Positions 29,175-37,599 of a DNA stretch of 55,405 bases are shown here, piece by piece. Below the pieces are notes generated by a model. The model saw only the letters and a program-made list of their open reading frames with translations, was not told the origin of the DNA and ran no database searches. The position numbers and the translations under genes were made by a program. Position 1 is the stretch's first letter; each line of letters begins with the position of its first letter. This DNA is from Trueperaceae bacterium (lineage in GTDB: Bacteria; Deinococcota; Deinococci; Deinococcales; Trueperaceae): NCBI GenBank assembly GCA_035654755.1, contig DASRWD010000013.1, forward strand, positions 1 through 55,405. The letters are read 5' to 3'.

Positions 29175-30605
29175 TCACGCCGGCGAAGGGGTGGCCTCCA
29201 GCACGTGCCGTAGCGCCGAGACGTAGCGGTCGGCGTGTGCTCGCCAAGCGTAGTGCTCCCGGACGCCGGCGATGCCGTTCTCCGAGTAGCGTTCCCACTT
29301 CTCCCTGTCGACGAGGATGCCCTTGATGGCCGCCTGTATGGCCGCCGTGTCGCGGGCGTCGATCAGCTCGCCGGAACCCGCCTTGCCGATGATCTCCTGA
29401 GGGCCACCGTGGTCCGTGGAGACGACGGGTAGCCCGGACGAACTGGCCTCGATGAGTGTGATGCCGAAGTTCTCGACCAGGGCCGGGTTCACGAAGACCC
29501 CGCGCCGAGCGGCGACGAGCCGGTACAGGACGGGTATGTCCGTGTCCGGCTGGTGCTTCTTGGGTAGGGCGAGACGCCCGTACAGGTCGTACTTGTCCAT
29601 CGCAAGGAGCAGGCCGGTGAGTACCTCGCGCTCGTTGTCGTCCATCTGCTCGATGTCGCTCCTGACGCCCGCGAAGATCACGAGGTTGGCCAGCTGCCTC
29701 AGCTCGTTGTCCGTGCCGTACGCCTTGACGAGCCCATCGATGTTCTTGCGCCGGTCGGGGCGGCTGATCGCGAGGATGACCGGCTTGTCGGGCTCGCGCA
29801 GGAACCGGCCGATCTCCCGCCGCATGCGCACCCGGGCCTTGACCACGTCCTCGTCCGGCTCGTAGCCCTCGTCCAGGTCGTAGTAGTAGGGATAGAAGCG
29901 GTCGACGTCCACGCCGGGCGGGATGACGACGAAGCGGGCCTTGGGTGCGGAATCGTAAAGCTCGTAGCCCTTCTCGACCTCCTGCCGCGTGCTGGCCACG
30001 ACCATGTCGGCGGCCGCCAACGCACGCTCCTCGGCCTCGATGCGCCGGGCGATGTGGTACTGCTCCTCGATCTCGTCGTCCGACATGCCGGCGCGTCTGA
30101 GGACCCGCCGCTTGTTGCGCCCCAACGAGTGCCCTGTGAACACGAACGGGCGGTCCCAACGCCTGGCCAGCTCGCCCGCGACCTCGGCAGCGTCCGGGTA
30201 GTGACCGTGTACGACGTCAGGCACCCCCGGTCCCTCCTCGAAGTACCTCGCCGCGTTCTGCGCCAGCTCGCCGAGGTGCGGCCACAGGAGCTCCTTGCGC
30301 ATGTACTCGTCGCCGCCAGCCGGCACGCGGACCAGATCGACGTTGTCGGCCAGGCGCTCCACCGGCTTGGCGTAGTCGTCGCTCAACTCCAGGTCGTCGA
30401 GGCGTCGCGTCACGAGGTCGACGCGAGCCACCCTGGGGTGCTTGCCTAGCGCCCTGGCGAGCTCGACGACGTACTTCGTCTGGCCGCCGGTGTCCGCATC
30501 GTGGCCCAGTTCCAGGTCCTCGCCTCTCAAGAGCCCGTGGACGCTGAACATGGCGATGTGGACCCCGGGTCCGTCCTCCTGCAAGCGCTTCCTGACCTCG
30601 TCCAC
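29175..30605 (-). CDS. sucrose-phosphate synthase-like GT4 glycosyltransferase
   Basis: IAMFSVHGL...DTGGQTKYVVELARAL...HGHYPDA...FTGHSLG are SPS/SuSy-type motifs. GTG lies 4 nt after AGGAGGA. Confidence 0.8.
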   Translation of the reverse strand: MDEVRKRLQEDGPGVHIAMFSVHGLLRGEDLELGHDADTGGQTKYVVELARALGKHPRVARVDLVTRRLDDLELSDDYAKPVERLADNVDLVRVPAGGDEYMRKELLWPHLGELAQNAARYFEEGPGVPDVVHGHYPDAAEVAGELARRWDRPFVFTGHSLGRNKRRVLRRAGMSDDEIEEQYHIARRIEAEERALAAADMVVASTRQEVEKGYELYDSAPKARFVVIPPGVDVDRFYPYYYDLDEGYEPDEDVVKARVRMRREIGRFLREPDKPVILAISRPDRRKNIDGLVKAYGTDNELRQLANLVIFAGVRSDIEQMDDNEREVLTGLLLAMDKYDLYGRLALPKKHQPDTDIPVLYRLVAARRGVFVNPALVENFGITLIEASSSGLPVVSTDHGGPQEIIGKAGSGELIDARDTAAIQAAIKGILVDREKWERYSENGIAGVREHYAWRAHADRYVSALRHVLEATPSPA

Positions 30606-30770
30606 CTCGTCCTCCTGGCGTCCAGCACAGTAACGGCTCGGGTGATGAGATGGGGTGGCCTGAGGTGACGTGCCGGAGGCCCACGTACAGGCCGCGCCGC
30701 CGCATGAACATGCAAGTTCGTGTATCGAAACCGGTCGGGACCGCCGGCCCCGTGATAGAGTTCCCGCTCG

Positions 30771-31919
30771 ATGTCGCTGCTATCCAAGCCACGTGCCGTA
30801 CTCGCGCTGGAGGACGGCACCGTCTACAAGGGCTACGCCTTCGGGGCCGCGGGCCGGTCGGTGGGGGAGATCGTCTTCAACACGTCGATGACCGGCTACC
30901 AGGAGATACTGACCGACCCGAGCTACAACGGCCAGATCGTCACGATGACGTATCCGCATATCGGCAACTACGGGGTGAGCGTCTACGACATGGAGTCGAA
31001 CCGACCGTTCGCGCGCGGCTTCATCGTGCGGGAGTTCGCCAGGCGCGCGTCGAGCCACAGGGCGAACCAGGACCTCCAGTCGTTCATGGAGCAGCACGGC
31101 ATCGTCGGCATCGAGGGCATTGACACGCGCGCCCTGACGCGCAGGCTGCGCACTGGTGGCGTCGTCAAGGGCGTCATCTACCACGGGCACGCCGACGCAG
31201 AGCTGGAAGCCGAACTCGTCAGCGAGGCGAAGGGGCACCTGGACATAGACGGCCGCGACATGACGCCAGAGGTGACGACGCCGCTGCCGTACGCGAGGCC
31301 CACCTTCAAGGACAACCCCCGTGTCGTGGTGCTCGACTTCGGAACGAAGAACTCCATCGTCTACCAGCTCGAGCAGGCTGGCGCAGAGGTGATCGTCGTC
31401 CCCGCCCAGACCACGCCGGCGCAGATCATGGCCTTGGACCCGTACGGTCTGGTCATCTCCAACGGACCCGGTGACCCTGACGGGCCCAAGTACGCACAGG
31501 ACACGGTGTGGCAGATGCTGGGCCTGCTGCCGACGTACGGCATCTGTCTGGGCCATCAACTCCTCGGGCTCGCGGTCGGCGGACGCACGTTCAAGCTCAA
31601 GCACGGGCACCACGGCGCGAACACGCCCGTGAAGAACCTCCTGACCGGCGGGGTGGAGATCACCAGCCAGAACCACAACTACGCCGTCGACATCGCTTCG
31701 ATCCCCAACGGGCAGTTCGTCGCCACGCACATGAACCTCAACGACCACACGCTGGAGGGCATGGCGCACGCGCGCTACCCGGTGTTCAGCGTGCAGTACC
31801 ACCCCGAGGCGAGCCCCGGTCCGCACGACGCCAGCTACATGTTCCGGCGGTTCATGCGGGAGGTAGACGCCTTCGAGGGCGCGTCCGCCTTGCCGGCACA
31901 AGCGCTCGTGAACGTCTGA
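30771..31919 (+). CDS. carA: carbamoyl-phosphate synthase small (glutaminase) subunit
   Basis: [15 protein letters not shown]...[17 protein letters not shown]...GICLGHQ motifs. TAGAGT lies 9 nt upstream and there is no Shine-Dalgarno. Confidence 0.95.
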   Translation: MSLLSKPRAVLALEDGTVYKGYAFGAAGRSVGEIVFNTSMTGYQEILTDPSYNGQIVTMTYPHIGNYGVSVYDMESNRPFARGFIVREFARRASSHRANQDLQSFMEQHGIVGIEGIDTRALTRRLRTGGVVKGVIYHGHADAELEAELVSEAKGHLDIDGRDMTPEVTTPLPYARPTFKDNPRVVVLDFGTKNSIVYQLEQAGAEVIVVPAQTTPAQIMALDPYGLVISNGPGDPDGPKYAQDTVWQMLGLLPTYGICLGHQLLGLAVGGRTFKLKHGHHGANTPVKNLLTGGVEITSQNHNYAVDIASIPNGQFVATHMNLNDHTLEGMAHARYPVFSVQYHPEASPGPHDASYMFRRFMREVDAFEGASALPAQALVNV

Positions 31920-31976
31920 GGCGGACGAGACGGCTCTTCGGATGTTCCAGCCTCGCGTTCCGCAGCCTAAGACGCC

Positions 31977-32438
31977 CTAGCCTCCGGAGCCGAGTAGTTC
32001 CTCGCTGTCCAGGAACAGCGTGACCGGCCCGTCGTTGATGAGCTCGACGGCCATGTCGGCGCCGAACTCTCCGGTCTGAACCGGGACCCCCGCACGTCGT
32101 AGGGCCTCGGCGAACGCCATGTAGAGCCTCCCCGCCTTTTCGGGAGGAGCGGCCCGGGAGAACCCGGGGCGGTTGCCGGAGCGCATGTCGCCGTACAGCG
32201 TGAACTGGCTGACCACGAGACAGCCGCCTTCGACCTGCTGAAGGGCGAGGTTCATCTTCCCGGCGTCGTCGCTGAAGACCCGCAGCTTACGTACCTTGTC
32301 GGCCATCTTCGCGGCGACCCCCTCGTCGTCCATGGGGCCGACTCCGAGGAGCACGAGGAAGCCGCGCCCGACCGAGCCGACGACCTTGCCGGCCACGCGC
32401 ACCTCGGCCCGCGTGACGCGTTGGAGCAGCGCCCGCAC
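31977..32438 (-). CDS. dtd: D-aminoacyl-tRNA deacylase
   Basis: MRALLQRV...VSQFTLYGD...GNRPGF motifs. Confidence 0.95.
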   Translation of the reverse strand: MRALLQRVTRAEVRVAGKVVGSVGRGFLVLLGVGPMDDEGVAAKMADKVRKLRVFSDDAGKMNLALQQVEGGCLVVSQFTLYGDMRSGNRPGFSRAAPPEKAGRLYMAFAEALRRAGVPVQTGEFGADMAVELINDGPVTLFLDSEELLGSGG

Positions 32439-32469
32439 TAGCGGGGCGTCCCGCCGAACACTGCCTGCA

Positions 32470-33084
32470 CTAGAAGAGTGATGCCTGTTCTGCCGTGTCT
32501 ATGACGTGCGCGCCCTGCTTGGGCGGCAGTTCGTCGAGGGTCCTCTTCACCTCGAGCATGTCCTGCCATGTCAGCCACTTCGGGCCGCCCCGCTCCCTAC
32601 CGGCGTTCCGGAGGAGGTACGCCGGATGGAAGAGCGGCCGGACCATGATGCCGTGCCAGTCGTGCCAGCGGCCGCGGAGGCGCGTGATGCCCTCCGTCGT
32701 GCGCAGGAAGAACTGAGTCGGCACGTTCCCGAGGGTCCCGATAACCTGCGGGCTGACGACCTTTATCTGAGCGAGCAGGAGGTCGGTGCTTGCGGCGACC
32801 TCCGCCGGCGTCGGGTTGCGGTTGCCGGGGGGCCTGTGCTTGACGATGTTCGTGATGTAGACGAGTTCTCTGCTGAGGCCGACGGACTCCAGCACCTTGT
32901 CGAGTAGCTGGCCCGCGCGGCCCACGAACGGTCTGCCCGTGAGGTCCTCGTCCTCGCCTGGCGCCTCGCCGATGAGCATGAGCCGAGCGTCCTCCGCGCC
33001 TTCGCCGAAGACGAGGTTGTCAGACAGGTCTTCGAGCGCCGGCGACTTCTCCGCGGCGCGGCGCTCAAGCTCGCGTATGTTCAC
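32470..33084 (-). CDS. family 4 uracil-DNA glycosylase (cysteine-free variant)
   Basis: GEAPGEDEDLTGRPFVGRAGQLL, ITNIVKHRPP and FHPAYLLRN motifs resemble the Thermus UDGA type. The 204-aa protein contains no Cys. Confidence 0.9.
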   Translation of the reverse strand: MNIRELERRAAEKSPALEDLSDNLVFGEGAEDARLMLIGEAPGEDEDLTGRPFVGRAGQLLDKVLESVGLSRELVYITNIVKHRPPGNRNPTPAEVAASTDLLLAQIKVVSPQVIGTLGNVPTQFFLRTTEGITRLRGRWHDWHGIMVRPLFHPAYLLRNAGRERGGPKWLTWQDMLEVKRTLDELPPKQGAHVIDTAEQASLF

Positions 33085-33102
33085 GCCAACGTTGATAACA
33101 CG

Positions 33103-33492
33103 TCAGAGACTGGCTGCTTCGCCGTCATGCATGGCCTTGCGCTGGCTCCTGACCTCGCGCCTCAGCTTCGGCTCGAGCCCGATCATGAGGAAGAAGTTCT
33201 CGAGCGCGTTCTCGCGCCCCTTGATCTCCGTATGCGCCAGATCGGTGCTGCCGGTTACGAACGGCAGCGCTCTGTACTCCTCGAGGGCCTCCGCCACGAC
33301 CTCGGAAGGGGAAAGGTTGTTTGCCAGATCCGAGAGGTGAGAGTAGACGTTTCGCCTCGCCTCGGCGTGGAGCCTGAAGGCGTCCGGGTTCTCGGTCTCA
33401 CCGGCCAGCAGGAGGTCCTGCTTTGCGATGCGCCGGTAGTGCTTGAGCCCCCTGAGGATCTCCTCCGAGCTCAGGACCACGCGTGCTTCCAT
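33103..33492 (-). CDS. hypothetical helical protein (129 aa)
   Basis: Track ORF. ATG lies 6 nt after GAAGGAG. GC3-rich codons. No motif recognised. Confidence 0.5.
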   Translation of the reverse strand: MEARVVLSSEEILRGLKHYRRIAKQDLLLAGETENPDAFRLHAEARRNVYSHLSDLANNLSPSEVVAEALEEYRALPFVTGSTDLAHTEIKGRENALENFFLMIGLEPKLRREVRSQRKAMHDGEAASL

Positions 33493-33674
33493 CTAGCGCT
33501 CCTTCCCGGGGCACGACAGCCCCCAACCGCTCCCACTAGGGATCGCGGCAATAAGCCATGCGGCAGTCCGCTTTTTGATGATTCGGTGTCGAAGCAGTAC
33601 GTGTAGAGGCGGCACGTCGCGCGTCGCCCTCACCGGGATCTGGTGGGGCGACCCTTCTATCACCTGGCTGACCT

Positions 33675-33959
33675 CTATGCCTTCAGCGTCCGGATGGGAA
33701 CGGGGACCCTGTGCTGGTCCGACCTGTGGTCCTTCTCGAGGACCACGCCCGTGAAACGCGTCAAGGAGGCGATCTCCTCGGCGTCCGAGCGGAAGCCACA
33801 CGACTCGCACTCGAGCTCCTCGAACCCTTCCCGGTAGTGGAAGGTGACCGTGTCGCGGCTGCCGCAACGCGGGCAAGGAGTCATCTCGTGGAACCCTTCG
33901 GCGTCCAAGCGGACCTCCCCTCGTGGGTTGCCAGAGTCTAGCCCAACAGGGGTGGTCAC
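33675..33959 (-). CDS. hypothetical zinc-ribbon protein (94 aa, CxxC...CxxC)
   Basis: CPRC...CESC motif. The GTG start shares one base with the recN TAG stop (TAGTG). Confidence 0.5.
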   Translation of the reverse strand: MTTPVGLDSGNPRGEVRLDAEGFHEMTPCPRCGSRDTVTFHYREGFEELECESCGFRSDAEEIASLTRFTGVVLEKDHRSDQHRVPVPIRTLKA

Positions 33960-35581
33960 TACTGTGCCCGAGACCTCGGTGCCGCGGCGACGAGCTCCCT
34001 CGCGTGCTCGAGGGAAGCGCCCGTCACCGTTCCCGACAGCATCCGCGCCAGCTCCTCGGCGCGTGCGTCTCCTTCGACTCGCCTGACGGTCGTCGTCGTG
34101 CGGCCGCCCGACTCGCCCTTCGACACCACGAAGTGGGCGTCCGCGAACGCAGCCACCTGTGCGAGGTGCGTGACCACTAGGACCTGACGACTCAGCGCCA
34201 GCTCGGCCAGCAGGGCGCCGACCTCGCGAGCGGCCTTGCCGCCCACCCCGGCGTCGACCTCGTCGAACGCGAGGGTCCTCTGAGTGGCACCGGTCACGAG
34301 GTGCAGGGCCAGCATGAGGCGGGACAGCTCGCCGCCTGAGGCGATCTGCGAGACGGGCCCGAGCGGCTCGCCCGCGTTCGCGCCGAACATGAAGGTGACG
34401 TCGTCAGAGCCGGTCGCATGCGGCCGGTCGAGCGACGACACACGCACCTCGAAGGCGGCGTTGGGCATGCCTAGGCGGACGAGGAGCGGCTGGACCTGCT
34501 CGTCGAGTTGCCGGGCAGCACGCTGTCTGGCCGCGGTGAGTTGCTTGGCGAGCTCGGCCATGCGTGCAGCCAGCTGCGCGTCCTCGCGTTCAAGGGCCGC
34601 CTCGTCCTCATCGAGAGCGCCCAGTTCCTGAAGCTCCTGCTTCGCCCGCTCGCCGAAAGCGATCACCGCGCTCAGGTCTTCGCCGTACTTGCGCTTGAGG
34701 TCATCCAGCTTGGCGAGCCTGGCTTGCACGGCGTCCAGCCGCGCGGGGTCGGCATCGAACGAGCCGAGGAACGCTTCGACCTCCTCGGAGACGGCCCCCA
34801 GGCCGGTGACCGCAGCCTCCAGGTCGTCGGCCAACGGCGCGAGGGCGGCAGCGTGCCTCGCAGCCGTCCTGAGCTCCCTTAGTGCGTGGGCGGCGAGCTG
34901 GGCGGCACCCCCGTCCTCGCCGGCAAGCGCGCCGAACGCCGCACCGGCGCTCTGGACTATGCGCTCGGCGTTGCGCAGGGTCTCCAGCTCCGTCTCCAGA
35001 GCCTCGTCCTCGCCGGGTTCGGGCCTTGACGTCTCGATCTCCTGCACCTGGTAGGTGAGGACGTCCTGGCGCCTGGCGCGTTCGCGCTTCGCGGCACGCA
35101 CCTCCTCCAGCCTGGCTGCGACCTGGCTGCGCCGTACGAACGCCTGTCTGTGCTCGGTGAGCCTTGCCCTGTCCTCCTCGGGCAACAGCCTGTCGAGTTG
35201 AGACCGCTGCGCGGCAGCCCCCTGGAGCTCCAACGCGCCGTGCTGAGCGAAGACAGCGACGACCTCGCCGACGCGCTCCGTCAGCTCGCCCACGGTGACG
35301 TGCTCACCGTCGACCCGAGCGCCATGCCGGCCGCTGGTGGACACCCGGCGACCCGCCGAGCTCAGCCCGCCGCTATCGAACTCACCCTGCACCAAGGCGT
35401 CCTGCGCCCCGGCTCGCACGAAGGCGACGTCCGCCCTTGCCCCGGCCAGCAGTCCGAGGGCGTCAACGACGATCGACTTACCTGCGCCGGTCTCGCCGGT
35501 CAGCACGTTGAGGCCGGGTGAGAGGTCGAGCGAGAGCTCTTGGATGATGGCGAAGTCGCGCAGCTCGAGACGGCGCAGCAC
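33959..35581 (-). CDS. recN: DNA repair protein RecN
   Basis: LNVLTGETGAGKS Walker A, a long coiled-coil region and the C-terminal SGGELSR signature. GTG lies 6 nt after TATACT. Confidence 0.95.
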   Translation of the reverse strand: MLRRLELRDFAIIQELSLDLSPGLNVLTGETGAGKSIVVDALGLLAGARADVAFVRAGAQDALVQGEFDSGGLSSAGRRVSTSGRHGARVDGEHVTVGELTERVGEVVAVFAQHGALELQGAAAQRSQLDRLLPEEDRARLTEHRQAFVRRSQVAARLEEVRAAKRERARRQDVLTYQVQEIETSRPEPGEDEALETELETLRNAERIVQSAGAAFGALAGEDGGAAQLAAHALRELRTAARHAAALAPLADDLEAAVTGLGAVSEEVEAFLGSFDADPARLDAVQARLAKLDDLKRKYGEDLSAVIAFGERAKQELQELGALDEDEAALEREDAQLAARMAELAKQLTAARQRAARQLDEQVQPLLVRLGMPNAAFEVRVSSLDRPHATGSDDVTFMFGANAGEPLGPVSQIASGGELSRLMLALHLVTGATQRTLAFDEVDAGVGGKAAREVGALLAELALSRQVLVVTHLAQVAAFADAHFVVSKGESGGRTTTTVRRVEGDARAEELARMLSGTVTGASLEHARELVAAAPRSRAQ

Positions 35582-35587
35582 GCGGCG

Positions 35588-35636
35588 AGTATAGACGTCC
35601 CAGAGCGGCTTGTCGGCCCCGACCCTGGGCTATCAT
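35588..35636. promoter_or_regulatory. back-to-back -10 boxes for leaderless recN (TATACT, minus) and the HMGL-like gene (TATCAT, plus)
   Basis: TATACT at 35593..35588 lies 6 nt from GTG 35581. TATCAT at 35631..35636 lies 6 nt from ATG 35643. Confidence 0.45.
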
Positions 35637-35642
35637 CCTGCC

Positions 35643-36500
35643 ATGCAGGCGGCCGGGCCCACCTACGTCGAGTGCCCGCGAGACGCCTGGCAAGGACTGC
35701 CCCACGTGATCCCCACATCGGTGAAGGTGAGCCACATCCGGGCGCTGCTCGATGCAGGCTTCACGCACCTCGACGTGGGGTCGTTCGTCTCGCCGCGGGC
35801 CGTGCCGCAGATGGCCGATACCGAGATGGTGCTTGGCGAGCTCGGTGAGCGCGAAGGCGTCGACATCCTGTGCATCGTGGGCAACCTCATGGGTGTCGAG
35901 AGGGCCGTCGCCTGCGAGCCGGTAACCAGCGTGGGCTACCCCCTCAGCGTCAACGAGACGTTCCAGCGTCGCAACGTCGGACGGGGCCTCGCGGACTCCT
36001 GGATCGAGCTGGAGGAGATGAGAACCGCCGCCTCCGAGGCCGGGCTCGGCCTCGTCGTCTACGTTTCCATGGCGTTCGGCAACCCGTACCGCGAGACCTG
36101 GATGCCGAGCATGACCGCGGAGACCGTCGTCCGGCTGCGCGACATGGGCGTCACTCGCATCGCACTCGCGGACACGGTAGGCACCGCCGACGCGGCGGTC
36201 GTCGACCGCGTGCTCTCACGGCTCTCGAACGCTCAGGACCTGGGCCTCCATCTGCACGCGCGCGCGGACGGCTGGCAGCCGCTGCTGAACGTCGGGCTCA
36301 CACGCGGTGTGCGGTGGGTGGAAGGCGCCCTCGGCGGCGTCGGTGGATGCCCCTTCGCCGGCGACGACCTCGTCGGCAACCTGCCTACGGAGGACGTGCT
36401 CCCATGGCTGGAGGAGCGGGGGTTCGCGTCAGGGGTGGCCGTCGAGCGCCTGGCGGCTCTAGCCGGTGAGGCCAGGGCTCTGGCCGTGCGTTTCGGCTGA
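35643..36500 (+). CDS. DRE-TIM metallolyase, hydroxymethylglutaryl-CoA lyase-like
   Basis: ECPRDAWQG (RD motif), LGLHLHARAD (HxH) and GGCPFAG motifs. Start chosen from the TATCAT-N6-ATG arrangement. The track ORF begins at 35610. Confidence 0.75.
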   Translation: MQAAGPTYVECPRDAWQGLPHVIPTSVKVSHIRALLDAGFTHLDVGSFVSPRAVPQMADTEMVLGELGEREGVDILCIVGNLMGVERAVACEPVTSVGYPLSVNETFQRRNVGRGLADSWIELEEMRTAASEAGLGLVVYVSMAFGNPYRETWMPSMTAETVVRLRDMGVTRIALADTVGTADAAVVDRVLSRLSNAQDLGLHLHARADGWQPLLNVGLTRGVRWVEGALGGVGGCPFAGDDLVGNLPTEDVLPWLEERGFASGVAVERLAALAGEARALAVRFG

Positions 36501-36535
36501 CCTCGAACCGGTAGCGCCCACGCGGGCAGGATCGT

Positions 36536-37552
36536 TCAGTCCCCGGCTACCGATGCACCAGAGCGCTCCAACTCGTGCCTACAGGCAGCGATGAGGCGTC
36601 TCTCGGCTTCGTCGAGGCTCGCGCCTCTGATCGTTGCGCCCGCGGCGGCCACGTGCCCGCCACCACCCAGTTCGACGCAGATCGCCTGAGCAGAGACGCC
36701 ACCGCGCGTGCGCACGCTCACCTTGACGTCCACGCCCCGCTCCTTGATCAGGGCCGCGACGAGCACGCCCTCCGCGTAACGGATGAGCCCGACGAAGTCG
36801 TCCGAATCGTCTGCGTCGAGGCCAGTGCCGGACGCCATGTCCTCCGTGTAGCGCGCGTAGACGAGGAGACCCCCTAGGTCGAAGGTGACGGTCTCCATGA
36901 CCCGGCCGAGCGTCCTGAAGTAGTCAGGGTGACGCCACTGCAGGCGGTCCGTCAGGCCGACGTAGTCGACGCCGTGGTCAAGCAGCTCGCCCGCGACCTC
37001 GAGCACCTCCCTGCTCGTGTTGCCGAAGCGGAAGTTGCCCGTGTCCGTGATGATCCCCGTGAGGCAGGGCGTCGCGATCTCCGGAGTCCACTCCACGCCG
37101 AGAAGGTCGATGAGCTCCTTGATCAGCAGGGCGGTCGCGGCCTTGCTCGGCTGCACGACCGCGATGTCGCCGAACCTCTCGTTAGTGCCGTGGTGGTCGA
37201 TGTTCACGACGAACGCGGCGCCTTCGACCCGCCCTCCAGCGACGCGGGGCAGATCGGCGACGTCGAGCACGAAGAGCAACGTCCCCGCGGGCAGGGAAGC
37301 GATCTCCTCGACGTGCTCGCCCTCTCGAGCCAGGAAGCGCAGGTAGCGTGGGGGCGTGGTGGCGAACGTGACGGACTTGCCTAGCGACCGCAGCGCACGG
37401 CTGAGGGCCAGGGAGCTCCCGATGGCGTCGCCGTCCGGGTCGACGTGCGTGAGTATGACGATGGGGCCGTCCCAGCCGCGGGCCTTGCGGGCCACCGCCG
37501 CTAGCTTCTCGGCGTAGTTGGGGTCGGGGCGGTTGTCCGGCTTCTGCGACAT
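36536..37552 (-). CDS. nrnA: DHH-family phosphoesterase NrnA-like (oligoribonuclease/pAp phosphatase)
   Basis: HVDPDGDAIGS, NIDHH and GGGGH motifs. Confidence 0.85.
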   Translation of the reverse strand: MSQKPDNRPDPNYAEKLAAVARKARGWDGPIVILTHVDPDGDAIGSSLALSRALRSLGKSVTFATTPPRYLRFLAREGEHVEEIASLPAGTLLFVLDVADLPRVAGGRVEGAAFVVNIDHHGTNERFGDIAVVQPSKAATALLIKELIDLLGVEWTPEIATPCLTGIITDTGNFRFGNTSREVLEVAGELLDHGVDYVGLTDRLQWRHPDYFRTLGRVMETVTFDLGGLLVYARYTEDMASGTGLDADDSDDFVGLIRYAEGVLVAALIKERGVDVKVSVRTRGGVSAQAICVELGGGGHVAAAGATIRGASLDEAERRLIAACRHELERSGASVAGD

Positions 37553-37559
37553 GCGAACG

Positions 37560-37593
37560 ATGATACCGCCGCCGCTCGCGCGTCAAATATCAT
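37560..37593. promoter_or_regulatory. back-to-back TATCAT -10 boxes for nrnA (minus) and the htrA-like gene (plus)
   Basis: TATCAT at 37565..37560 lies 7 nt from ATG 37552. TATCAT at 37588..37593 lies 6 nt from GTG 37600. Confidence 0.45.
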
Positions 37594-37599
37594 GTTGGG

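Noticed and set aside
29149-30159. N-terminal extension of ORF 28381..30159
   Set aside because: It overlaps the SPS gene in another frame and is Arg/Gly/Pro-rich. The HAD DVDGTLL motif lies just after ATG 29148.
30780-31901. 373-aa minus-strand ORF
   Set aside because: It is antisense to carA and carries no motifs.
33559-33580. Small hairpin GCGG-CAGT-CCGC followed by TTTTT on the plus strand
   Set aside because: The stem is only 4 bp, and there is no plus-strand gene upstream that it could terminate. This is too weak to call a terminator or sRNA.
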